64,000 bases of DNA. Origin: an uncultured Amylibacter sp. Lineage in GTDB: Bacteria; Pseudomonadota; Alphaproteobacteria; Rhodobacterales; Rhodobacteraceae. The notes under the pieces were generated by a model. That model saw nothing but the letters and a program-made list of their open reading frames with translations. It ran no database searches and was not told where the DNA came from. Location: the NCBI GenBank assembly GCA_963662815.2, contig CAXXWA010000036.1:16701-80700 (forward strand), written 5' to 3'. Both the position numbers and the translations under genes were made by a program. The number at the start of each line of letters is the position of its first letter. The stretch's first letter is position 1. Positions 48,135 through 56,423 of the stretch are shown one piece after another.

Positions 48135-49371
48135 AGTCTGCTTACATCAAGGGTTGGCGATCCGGAATTTTTCAATGGATCCCCGACCCCGAAGTGACCC
48201 TCCATCCAGAGATCGCCCAATTGAGCGCCTGCATTCATGAATGCCTTTACTATTTTATTGTCAGTCAATGCATTACATCTCGTATAACCTTCTTCGTCGC
48301 GCCATAGAACCCGGACCTCGGCCGGCCGCAACGCGTCCAGAAAGAAAGGTGAGTGTGTGGTCACGAGAATCTGTGTCGCTTCCGTAGCTTCCCGACACTC
48401 CTCCGCCAACCCATGAAGCAGGCGGGGATGCAGAAAGTTCTCTGGTTCTTCAATTCCGATAAACGGGGGTGGGGCGACGGGTCACATAGCAAGGCAAGAT
48501 AAGCGAGCACTTTCAGCGTACCATCCGATGCGAATCGAGCCATGACAGGCTTTTCGAACGGACCATCCTTGATTTCGAGCAAGAGCCTTCCATCCGGCAT
48601 CTGGTTTGCCGAGACGTTCTGAATTCTCGGCACGCGCGCCCGGAGGCGTTCAAAAATTGACTCTAGGAGATCAGGGTGCTCTTCGGACAGGAACTGGATC
48701 ACGTTGGCGAGATTGTCACCGGTTTTGCTCAAGCGCTCCTGCGGGCCTGCCTCGGGCTGACCTCTCGCGTCCTCGCTTGAAAGATATGATACATGCCAGC
48801 CCATGATGAAATTTCGAAGTGCGACCACGCGAGGGTTTTCAGCCAACTGACCGAGCGCATTTGCCGCAAGGGTGTCGGGCGAATTTAGAGGGACTTCGAT
48901 TCGGGCGTCCTGCGCATCTGGCAATTCGCCAGAAATGACGCGGCCACGGCCTCCAGCGTAATCTAGAAACCTAAAGGGGGCGCCATAGCGCCCACGCTTC
49001 CAGCGGACCCACTCCGAAACAATTGCTGGCCGCCCGTTTTTCTCGTCTACTTCCAGATGGTAGGTGATCAGCGGCGTGCCCGGACGCTCCCGGTATGCAA
49101 TTTCGATCATTAACGGACCTCTCCCGCCACGCGACTTCAATTCCTTCGCCTTGCCGTGTTTTTCCCAGGCCCGACGCAATCCGAATTCAAAACACTCCGC
49201 GAGGAAGGCAAATACATCAAACACCGTCGACTTGCCGCTACCGTTCGGACCAAGCAGAACAGTCAACGGAGTCAGATGCGACAGTTCGACATTTCGAAGT
49301 GCACGGAAGTTATGTACCTTCAACCGTTCGATTCGCGGTGGCACCGCTTGGGCAGTCTTCACCTGAGTCAT
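48131..49371 (-). pseudogene. ABC/AAA_21-type (OLD/SMC-like) ATPase, interrupted by a 1-nt frameshift at a G5/C5 run
   Basis: Start ATG 49371 (AAGAGG RBS). The protein begins [49 protein letters not shown] (Walker A) and continues to ...[23 protein letters not shown]. The frame then breaks at the run 48464-48468. The +1 frame continues [43 protein letters not shown]... (Walker B, then the TTHSP H-loop region) to the stop at 48131. Repaired length is about 413 aa. Confidence 0.8.
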
Positions 49372-49703
49372 CACTTTGGCCTCTTGGACGACATTTCTCA
49401 TTTCTTTCGCACTTCTGTGCCGATTCATCAATCCATTCCGGTTCAATGCACTTTGGCAGGGAAATTGGTGTGTCACTACCGGCACGAGACTCCATCTGGT
49501 TAACCGGAAACGAAGGCGACTTCAGAGAGACGTCAAGCGGGCGGCGCTAGCGATCCGGAATCCTGGCGTCGCTCAGTCTCGCCGACCCAATCTGCAGATC
49601 GAACTGGAAGTTTTGTGACAAACAGGTTGAGAAGCCGAGCGCCACCGGGACTGGCGCGGTCAGCAGCAGTTGGATATGATTGGTTAGCAGGAAAGGGCAG
49701 CAC

Positions 49704-50891
49704 ATGTTCGAAACGCTCGCACCAGCCCAGCCGGACAAGATTCTCGCGCTAATTTCCATGTTCCGCGAAGACCCGCGGCCCGAAAAGTACGATCTGGGCG
49801 TCGGCGTCTACAAGGACCCTGCAGGCGCCACGCCCGTCATGGCCGCGGTCAAGGCGGCGGAACGCCGCGTGCTCGCGTCGCAGACGTCCAAGACTTACCT
49901 CGGACCCGAAGGCGATCCCCGGTTCAACGCCGCGATTTCACGGCTGGCATTCGGCAATGCGTTTGACGGCACCAGACTCCGCGCAATTCAGGCACCGGGC
50001 GGATCCGGCGCGCTGCGCATCATCGCCGAACTCCTCGCCGACGCGCGGCCCGGCTGCGCGGTGCATCTTCCGGATCCGACCTGGCCGAACCATCGCCCGG
50101 TTGCGGAAGCTGCCGGCCTCAAGGTCCGGACCTATCCCTATTTCGACCCGGTGAACGGCGAGGTCAGGTTCGAGGAAATGCTGGAAGCAATTCGCGAGTT
50201 GCCCGCCGGCGACATCGTCCTGCTTCACGGTTGCTGCCACAATCCGACCGGTGCCAACCTCGATGCCCGGCAGTGGAGCCGCCTCGCCGGCGCGCTGGCG
50301 GACAATGACCTGTTTCCCTTTGTCGACATGGCCTACCAGGGCTTCGGCGACGGACTCGACGAAGACGCGGCGGGGCTTCGCCACCTGGCTTCCGAAGTTC
50401 CCGAACTGGCGGCCGCAGTCAGTTGTTCGAAGAATTTTGCCGTCTATTGCGACCGTGTTGGCGCGGCGATCCTCGTCGCTGCGAACGGCCGCGATGCCGA
50501 AACCGCAATAGGCCGGTTGAAAACAGTCGCCCGCCGAAACTACTCCATGCCGCCGAACCATGGCGCCGCAACTGTCCGCACCGTCCTCGAGGATGCCGCC
50601 CTGTCGACGCAATGGCGGCAGGAGCTCGACGGCATGCGCACGCGAATGCTGCGTCTTCGAGTCGACCTCGCGGATGCCTTGAGACGCCAGTCGAATTCGG
50701 ATCGTTTCGACTTCCTGGCGATGCATCGCGGCATGTTCTCGTTGCTAGGACTATCCGACGACCAGGTCCGCGAATTGCGCGAGGACTTCGCGATCTACAT
50801 GGTTGGCGGCGGCCGCATAAACGTTGCCGGTTTGCGGGACGAAGGGCTCGACAAGCTGGCGGCGGCCATTGTCGAGGTGTCGTCGCGATAG
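49704..50891 (+). CDS. aromatic-amino-acid / aspartate aminotransferase (class I, AspC/TyrB type)
   Basis: Start ATG 49704 (MFETLAPAQPDKILALISMFREDPRPEKYDLGVGVYKD...). It has the PLP-Lys region SCSKNFAVYCDRVG and the C-terminal GRINVAGL. Confidence 0.9.
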   Translation: MFETLAPAQPDKILALISMFREDPRPEKYDLGVGVYKDPAGATPVMAAVKAAERRVLASQTSKTYLGPEGDPRFNAAISRLAFGNAFDGTRLRAIQAPGGSGALRIIAELLADARPGCAVHLPDPTWPNHRPVAEAAGLKVRTYPYFDPVNGEVRFEEMLEAIRELPAGDIVLLHGCCHNPTGANLDARQWSRLAGALADNDLFPFVDMAYQGFGDGLDEDAAGLRHLASEVPELAAAVSCSKNFAVYCDRVGAAILVAANGRDAETAIGRLKTVARRNYSMPPNHGAATVRTVLEDAALSTQWRQELDGMRTRMLRLRVDLADALRRQSNSDRFDFLAMHRGMFSLLGLSDDQVRELREDFAIYMVGGGRINVAGLRDEGLDKLAAAIVEVSSR

Positions 50892-50947
50892 GTGACATGG
50901 CGTGTTGTGCGCCGCCAGCCTGAACAAATGACCGGCCCGCTTTCCCG

Positions 50948-52021
50948 TCAACGTTGCGCCAACCCCGATCCAGATGTCGCGCTGAGTATGTTTTCACGCG
51001 TGATTATTTCGAACGACAGGGTTTCGACACGGAATGTCCGTTTTTCAAGGTGGGCCACCAGCACCTCGACGGTCTGTTCGGCTGCAGCCCGCATGTTCTG
51101 GTGAAGAACGATGTCCATGCTTCCATCCAGAAGATAGCCCTGGGTCTTCGGTGTCAGATTATGTCCGATGAAGACAAGTTCGCCACAGGCGCCACTGTCC
51201 TTGAGCGCCCGGACGACGCCCTCGTTTCCGCCCCCGACATTGTATAGTCCGACAAGGTCGGGCCGTTCGTCCACAAGTCTGCGGACCGCCCGGTAGTTTC
51301 CTTCAATGTCGTCGTTGCCGCACAGAGTCCCGATCACATCGAGTTTGCGGAAGTCTCTTTGCAGGATAGACCTGAATCCCATCTCGCGGTCCTCGTGGAC
51401 CCGATACAGCTGCCCGCCGGAGATCACGGCCACCGGGCCGGCGCGATGGGAAATCCTTCCCATCAGGTAGCCGGCAGTCCGGCCCGCGGCGCGATTGTCG
51501 AACCCGACGAACCCCAGCAACGACGGGCTCTTGATGTCCGACAGGAGTGCGAGCGAAGGGATTCCGAGCCGTGAGAGAGCCTCGACTCCGTCACGAACCC
51601 TGGGATCTTCCAGCGCCTGGAACGCGACCGCGTCAATGCCCTGCATGGAGCATGCGTGGAGTTTCCGGGCGAGAATCGAAGGTTCCATTTTCTTCGTGAA
51701 GACACATTCGATTGTCGCGTTGCCCCGTTCGCCGAATTCCTGAAAACACCGCCCGAGAAACTCCGTGGAAGGGCCGGCCTCTCCCGGCAGAAAGACCTTC
51801 AGCCGCCAAGTGCGTCTCCGCTCTTCCGGCCAAAGGCCCGCTTCAATCGCATTCCGGGCCTGAAGCACGCGCTGACGCGTGGTTTCGCTGACGTGCGGAC
51901 GGCCGTTGACAACCCGGTCCACAGTGGCTGTTCCGACTCCCGCCAGCCTGGCGATCTCCAAGACTCTGGCGCGGCGTGGACCGACCAGTTTTCCGTCGCG
52001 TATCGATGAATTATCCATCAA
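50948..52021 (-). CDS. LacI-family transcriptional regulator
   Basis: 357 aa with an HTH (RVLEIARLAGVGTATVDRVVNG) and a PBP-like effector domain. It is divergent from the decayed TRAP binding-protein gene. Confidence 0.88.
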   Translation of the reverse strand: MMDNSSIRDGKLVGPRRARVLEIARLAGVGTATVDRVVNGRPHVSETTRQRVLQARNAIEAGLWPEERRRTWRLKVFLPGEAGPSTEFLGRCFQEFGERGNATIECVFTKKMEPSILARKLHACSMQGIDAVAFQALEDPRVRDGVEALSRLGIPSLALLSDIKSPSLLGFVGFDNRAAGRTAGYLMGRISHRAGPVAVISGGQLYRVHEDREMGFRSILQRDFRKLDVIGTLCGNDDIEGNYRAVRRLVDERPDLVGLYNVGGGNEGVVRALKDSGACGELVFIGHNLTPKTQGYLLDGSMDIVLHQNMRAAAEQTVEVLVAHLEKRTFRVETLSFEIITRENILSATSGSGLAQR

Positions 52022-52139
52022 TTCACACCAAGTTCCGAGAATCCGGGTTGGCCTTTGGCATCAAAATACATCAATGCGCATTCGGACGTTACAATTTTCT
52101 TGTCCGTCCCGGGGCCCCGGCCATACTCTGAACGGCAAA

Positions 52140-52607
52140 ATGGACCAAGAATGCTCAAAACAGGGAGGAACAAATGGCAATAAACCCATTCTGTTGTCCG
52201 GTCTGGCCGGAGCGTTGATGTCCGCCGGAGTGGCGATTGCCGCGGATTTCACATTCAAGTGCGGGAACTCGCAACGCGAACAGGCTGCGCGGTCGCAATC
52301 GATGATCTTCTTCGAGAAGGCCCTCGAAGAACGGTCAGGAGGACGAATCGATGTCGAATACTACTTCGGCGCAGTTCTCGCCAATGAACAGGAAATGTTC
52401 GATCAGGTCACGACCGGCCAGTTGCAGGCGACCCGGGGCGGGTTCTTCGCAAACGCAAATCCGAAGTTTAACATTTTCCTTCTGCCCTTCCTTACGAGCG
52501 GGTAGGACGAAATGCAGTGCCTTGTTGGCAGCGACTTCGCCAAGTCCGTCCAGGAAGGCGCAGCAGCTAACGGATTCCATGTTCCGGCAACAGGCATCAG
52601 AGGCTGA
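52140..52607 (+). pseudogene. TRAP transporter substrate-binding protein (DctP family) - nonsense-mutated and 3'-truncated
   Basis: It has a signal-peptide-like LLSGLAGALMSAGVAIAADF, then FFEKALEERSGGRIDVEYYFGAVLANEQEMFDQVTTGQLQATRGG...NIFLLPFLTSG. An in-frame TAG follows at 52503-52505, where a Trp (TGG) would fit. The same frame continues DEMQCLVGSDFAKSVQEGAAANGFHVPATGIRG and then similarity ends. Only about 155 of about 330 codons remain, and no dctQ/dctM follow. Confidence 0.65.
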
Positions 52608-52699
52608 ATCATAATTCACTTTTCGATTTTCCCGCTCGTTTCAGCAGCTTGCCGCACGCGCCACCCGCCGCATCATGAACCGGCAGGCCGCCAGCCGGC

Positions 52700-52950
52700 A
52701 CCACGTCAGCGCCTTCTCCAGCATCCCGAGGATCACCGAAGGGGCGCCGTCCCGGTCCTGCACGTCGGCCTCGTGGATCTCGATCGTGATCGGGAACCCC
52801 TCGATTTCGACGGTGATGTGGCGCTTCCGGCCCTTGACCTTCCTGCCGGCGTCGCAGCCGGCAGGGCCGCCCCTTTCCGCCGTCTTCGCCAACTGCCTGT
52901 CGATCGCCGCCGCCGTCGCCTCTCCCGAGCGTCCCGCCAGTTCCCGCGGT
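52700..52950 (-). mobile_element. IS5-family transposase internal fragment (DDE region remnant)
   Basis: Minus-strand translation reads RELAGRSGEATAAAIDRQLAKTAERGGPAGCDAGRKVKGRKRHITVEIEGFPITIEIHEADVQDRDGAPSVILGMLEKAL. This matches the IS5/IS427-group core (..IDSQSVKTTE.GG.RGYDAGKK.KGRKRH..VDT.G....V.V..A.VQDRDGA). There is no start, no C-terminal E region, and no IRs were seen. Confidence 0.6.
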
Positions 52951-53073
52951 GGTATGCGACCAATCCCGGTTTTTCCTCCGCAAGCGATTCCGGACAGTTT
53001 TTCGATTCGTCCCAGTGATGGCCGACACCGCGATCCGACTATCCGTTTGAATCGGAGAAAGTGAGCAACGACA

Positions 53074-53964
53074 ATGTCGACCGCCGGAATAGTTGGCCTC
53101 GGGGACATGGGAAGCGGCCTCGCGCGAAACCTCGTCAGGAACGGTTTCCGGACGGTCGGATACGATCTGAGCGACCGGCGCATGATGGAATTCCGCGCGC
53201 TGGGCGGCGACCCGGCCGCGGATGTGGCCAATGTCGCCAGATGCTCCGATGCCGTCTTCGTCATGGTAATGACAGGAGACCAGGCCAGGTCCGTGATCCT
53301 CGGCGAAGACGGGCTCGTCGTGAACATGCGCACCGGTGGCACAATCATCCTTACAGCGACGATCACGCCGGCCGACGCACGTGAAATCGCCGACCGGATG
53401 GCCGAAACGTCCGTCCGGCTGGTGGACAGCCCGGTTTCAGGCGGCTTCCCCGGTGCCCAGAACGGCACCCTGACACTGATGGCCGCCGGCAAGAGTCGGC
53501 ACATAGACGATGTCCGCCCGTTCCTGGAAGCCGTGTCTACGCGGATTCACGTGGTCGGGAACAACCCCGGAGACGGGCAGACGGTCAAGGCCTGTCTTCA
53601 GTCCCTGATCGGCGCGATATTTGCCGCAACCTTCGAGACTTCCGTACTCGCCGCGAAAGCCGGCGTGTCGGGCGAGGCATTCCACGAAGTGGTCGCAAGC
53701 AGCGGCGCAGGATGCGGCGTCGCCAGCACCGCCCTCGAAAACATCATTGACCGGCGGTTCGAGGGCACCGGAAGCCACATCGACACGATGCACAAGGACC
53801 TGACGATCGCGCTCGACATGGCCGCGGAGCAAGGGGTGCCCGTACACATGGCCTCGACGGCCATGCAGATCTTCCGCGCCGGAAGAACGAAACACCCTCG
53901 CGGCGACAACTGGGTTTGCACCCGGGTCCTCGAAGATATCGTCGGCGCCGAACTGCATCGCTGA
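53074..53964 (+). CDS. NAD(P)-dependent oxidoreductase, 3-hydroxyisobutyrate-dehydrogenase family (tartronate-semialdehyde reductase / L-threonate dehydrogenase-like)
   Basis: 296 aa. It has an N-terminal Rossmann fold (IVGLGDMGSGLARNL), VDSPVSGG and GDGQTVKACLQ. Confidence 0.85.
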   Translation: MSTAGIVGLGDMGSGLARNLVRNGFRTVGYDLSDRRMMEFRALGGDPAADVANVARCSDAVFVMVMTGDQARSVILGEDGLVVNMRTGGTIILTATITPADAREIADRMAETSVRLVDSPVSGGFPGAQNGTLTLMAAGKSRHIDDVRPFLEAVSTRIHVVGNNPGDGQTVKACLQSLIGAIFAATFETSVLAAKAGVSGEAFHEVVASSGAGCGVASTALENIIDRRFEGTGSHIDTMHKDLTIALDMAAEQGVPVHMASTAMQIFRAGRTKHPRGDNWVCTRVLEDIVGAELHR

Positions 53965-53979
53965 GTCGCGGAACCTGTC

Positions 53980-54852
53980 ATGAAACTCGGAGTCATTACG
54001 GACGGCATAAGCCGCAACCTGTTTCGCGCCGTGGACGTGATGGACGAGTTCGGGCTTGCCTACGCGGAATTGCAATACGTTGGAGAAAAGGAGGTCGGCG
54101 ATCACACCAGCACCGAAATCGCTGACATCAATCGCCTGCTGCGCGACCGCGGCAAGTCCGTCAGTTGCATCTCCAGGCACGTATTCGCAGGCATGACCTC
54201 CGAGAATCGTCCGGGGGACCCGCTGCACGCAAGCCACATGGACTCCCTGAAACGCGTCATCGACATGGCGCATGCGACCGGCGCGCCGCTTGTCCGGATC
54301 ATGACACCGCGGAAGGAGCAGATTCTCTGGGGACGCAACGGGGCCGAAAAGTGGAATGTTGCCCGCGGCGCATGGGACGCTACGGCACCCCTGATCCGGC
54401 CCGCAGTCGAGCTCGCGGCAAGGGAGAACGTGACGCTTGTGGTCGAAACCGGGAACGGAACGATGGTCAACTCCAGCTATACGGCGCGCCGACTCATCGA
54501 CGAACTCGACGCTGCCGACCAGTTGAAGGTCCTCTGGGATCCTGGCAACAACTGCTGGTGCCACGAACCCGCCTATCCCGATGGATACATGGAGTTGCAG
54601 CCTGGCTATATCGGACACATCCACATGAAGGACCTCCTGGTCGACACCCCGCGCGCGACTCTCGAGGTCCGGCGATTCGGCCATGGACAGCTCGCAAGCA
54701 TGTTCGGCCCGATCGCAAGCGCCCTGCGTGCCGACGGCTACGACGGGGTGATATCATTGGAAAGCGTATTTCACCCGGGCAACGGCGATTTCGAAAGCGG
54801 CTTTCGCCAGTGCGTCGGCTCATTCAAGGCGCTCTTCGGACCCCGTTCCTGA
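53980..54852 (+). CDS. sugar phosphate isomerase/epimerase (xylose-isomerase-like TIM barrel, AP_endonuc_2 family)
   Basis: 290 aa with a pattern of conserved acidic/His positions (..VVETGNG.., HIHMKD, ISLES). Confidence 0.75.
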   Translation: MKLGVITDGISRNLFRAVDVMDEFGLAYAELQYVGEKEVGDHTSTEIADINRLLRDRGKSVSCISRHVFAGMTSENRPGDPLHASHMDSLKRVIDMAHATGAPLVRIMTPRKEQILWGRNGAEKWNVARGAWDATAPLIRPAVELAARENVTLVVETGNGTMVNSSYTARRLIDELDAADQLKVLWDPGNNCWCHEPAYPDGYMELQPGYIGHIHMKDLLVDTPRATLEVRRFGHGQLASMFGPIASALRADGYDGVISLESVFHPGNGDFESGFRQCVGSFKALFGPRS

Positions 54853-54907
54853 AGCCCTCGTCCATCCATGGAGCCCGCACGTTACTCTCCAGTGCCGCGG
54901 CAAGCAC

Positions 54908-55351
54908 TCAGAATGGCCGTACGACCACCAGCACGACCACCAGCACCATTATCGTGGCCGGCAACTCATTCATGAACCTGAACGTCCTGCCCGTAGTCCG
55001 GTTCTCGCCAGCAGCGAATTGCCTCAGGCACTTTCCGAGCCATGCGTGGTACCAGGTCAGGCCAACAACAAGCAGGATCTTTGCCCATATCCAGATCGAG
55101 TTCATGTCCACTGCTCCGGGCATGAAGAACAGAACCAGGCCGAACCCCCAGGTCGCCATCATTGCCGGGTTCATGATGATCTTCAGCAGCCGGCGCTCCA
55201 TGCCGGTGAAGACTTCCGAAAGTTCGCTGCCGACAGGAGCCTTTTCCGCATGATTCACGAAAAGGCGCGGAAGATACAGGAGTCCCGCCATCCAGCAAAT
55301 CACTGAAATGATGTGAAACGCCTTTATCCAGGGATAGACTACAGCAAGCAT
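54908..55351 (-). CDS. hemJ: protoporphyrinogen IX oxidase HemJ (UPF0093/CopD-like membrane protein)
   Basis: The start is taken at ATG 55351 (MLAVVYPWIKAFHIISVICWMAGLLYLPRLFVNH...). The protein has 4-5 TM segments. The track ORF begins at an upstream GTG (55393). Confidence 0.85.
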   Translation of the reverse strand: MLAVVYPWIKAFHIISVICWMAGLLYLPRLFVNHAEKAPVGSELSEVFTGMERRLLKIIMNPAMMATWGFGLVLFFMPGAVDMNSIWIWAKILLVVGLTWYHAWLGKCLRQFAAGENRTTGRTFRFMNELPATIMVLVVVLVVVRPF

Positions 55352-55496
55352 GAAATGCGGACTCCGGTTTTGTGTGAGGATTCCGGCGAACACATATATT
55401 CAATAGAAGAATATGAAAAGAATCCTGTTGGAGGAGTAGTATGCTGTTGAAAACGTGGATTACTGAAAACTTAACATTTTCAAAAACATGCAAATA

Positions 55497-55505
55497 TGTG
55501 GAAAA
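55497..55505 (-). promoter_or_regulatory. DnaA box-like 9-mer (TTTTCCACA, 1 mismatch)
   Basis: The plus strand reads TGTGGAAAA. Confidence 0.5.
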
Positions 55506-55583
55506 TCTTCGCACAACCTGTGAATTCGACAAATAAATCATTATTATTCCTATGGTTGCATAAAACACAGGCGGGGAAAAGAT

Positions 55584-55592
55584 TGTGGATGA
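55584..55592 (-). promoter_or_regulatory. DnaA box-like 9-mer (TCATCCACA, 1 mismatch)
   Basis: The plus strand reads TGTGGATGA. Confidence 0.55.
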
Positions 55593-55648
55593 TTTTCTTC
55601 GAATGCGGTAATCCCCGGAATTCACGGGTGTTGGCAAATTTTCCTCCC

Positions 55649-55657
55649 TGTGGATGA
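55649..55657 (-). promoter_or_regulatory. DnaA box-like 9-mer (TCATCCACA, 1 mismatch)
   Basis: The plus strand reads TGTGGATGA, identical to the box at 55584. Confidence 0.55.
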
Positions 55658-55820
55658 AACGGGGAATCCTGTTGACTGGCGTCGCAGAGACTGCGAACGA
55701 TCCGCGGAGATTGTGGAAAGTCGCCGCTAGTCCACATCTCCGTCCCCGGATCATCCACGGGATTTTCCACGGTTCGGGCCGGTCTCCGCGGATTGGAGGG
55801 CCGGCCAGGAGGAGATTGAA

Positions 55821-56423
55821 ATGACCGGACACCGACCCGTCCTTGCTTCCGGTTCCGCGACCCGCCGCGCTCTGCTCCGCAGTGCGGGCGTGGAGTTCGA
55901 TGTCAGGGTCGAGGGGGTTGACGAGACGGCCATCATCGATTCCTTGAAGGCAGAAGGCGTGCAACCGGAGGAGATTGCGCGGACCTTGGCGGAAACCAAG
56001 GCCCTCCGTGCGGGCAGACACGAGCCTGACCGCGTAACGATTGGGTGCGACCAGCTTCTCGTCTGCGATGGCGAAATTATGGTCAAGGCGGCTTCGCTCG
56101 ATGCGGCGCGGCGGACACTGGGCTTCCTTCGAGGCCGAAGCCATGACCTGGTTTCGTCCTGCGTGGTCGCGATGGGTTCCAGATCCGTCTGGCATGCCAC
56201 TCGGCGCGCGACCTTGACGATGAGAAGCTTTTCGGACGACTTCCTCGACGCGTATCTGTCTCGCAACTGGCCTGCAGTGAGTTCCTCGGTCGGATGCTAC
56301 AGGGTTGAAGAGGAAGGCATTCAGCTGTTCTCGGCGGTCGACGGCGATCACGCCACGATCCTGGGCTTGCCGCTACTGGATCTTCTGGAATACCTGAGGG
56401 TACGAGGAGACTTGGCACGATGA
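55821..56423 (+). CDS. maf: Maf-like nucleoside-triphosphate pyrophosphatase
   Basis: 200 aa (LASGSATRRALLRSAGVEFDV...), with an AGGAGG RBS. Confidence 0.88.
   Translation: MTGHRPVLASGSATRRALLRSAGVEFDVRVEGVDETAIIDSLKAEGVQPEEIARTLAETKALRAGRHEPDRVTIGCDQLLVCDGEIMVKAASLDAARRTLGFLRGRSHDLVSSCVVAMGSRSVWHATRRATLTMRSFSDDFLDAYLSRNWPAVSSSVGCYRVEEEGIQLFSAVDGDHATILGLPLLDLLEYLRVRGDLAR

Larger units (their letters stand above)
55352..55820. other. oriC: candidate chromosomal replication origin (oriC)
   Basis: This is a 470-bp non-coding gap in an otherwise gap-free region. Its left about 200 bp is strikingly A+T-rich (e.g. acatatattcaatagaagaatatgaaaag, aaataaatcattattattcc). The right part carries at least 8 DnaA-box-like 9-mers within 1-2 mismatches of TTATCCACA. 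It lies between hemJ and maf-aroE-coaE-dnaQ, the conserved alphaproteobacterial ori context, and parAB/parS sit about 11-14 kb away. Confidence 0.7.

Noticed and set aside
55460-55474. CtrA-type box TTAC-N7-TTAA inside the candidate oriC
   Set aside because: It is a single site with one mismatch in an A+T-rich region, where such matches arise by chance. CtrA control of the origin is not universal among alphaproteobacteria. I mention it under the oriC finding but do not call it as a feature.
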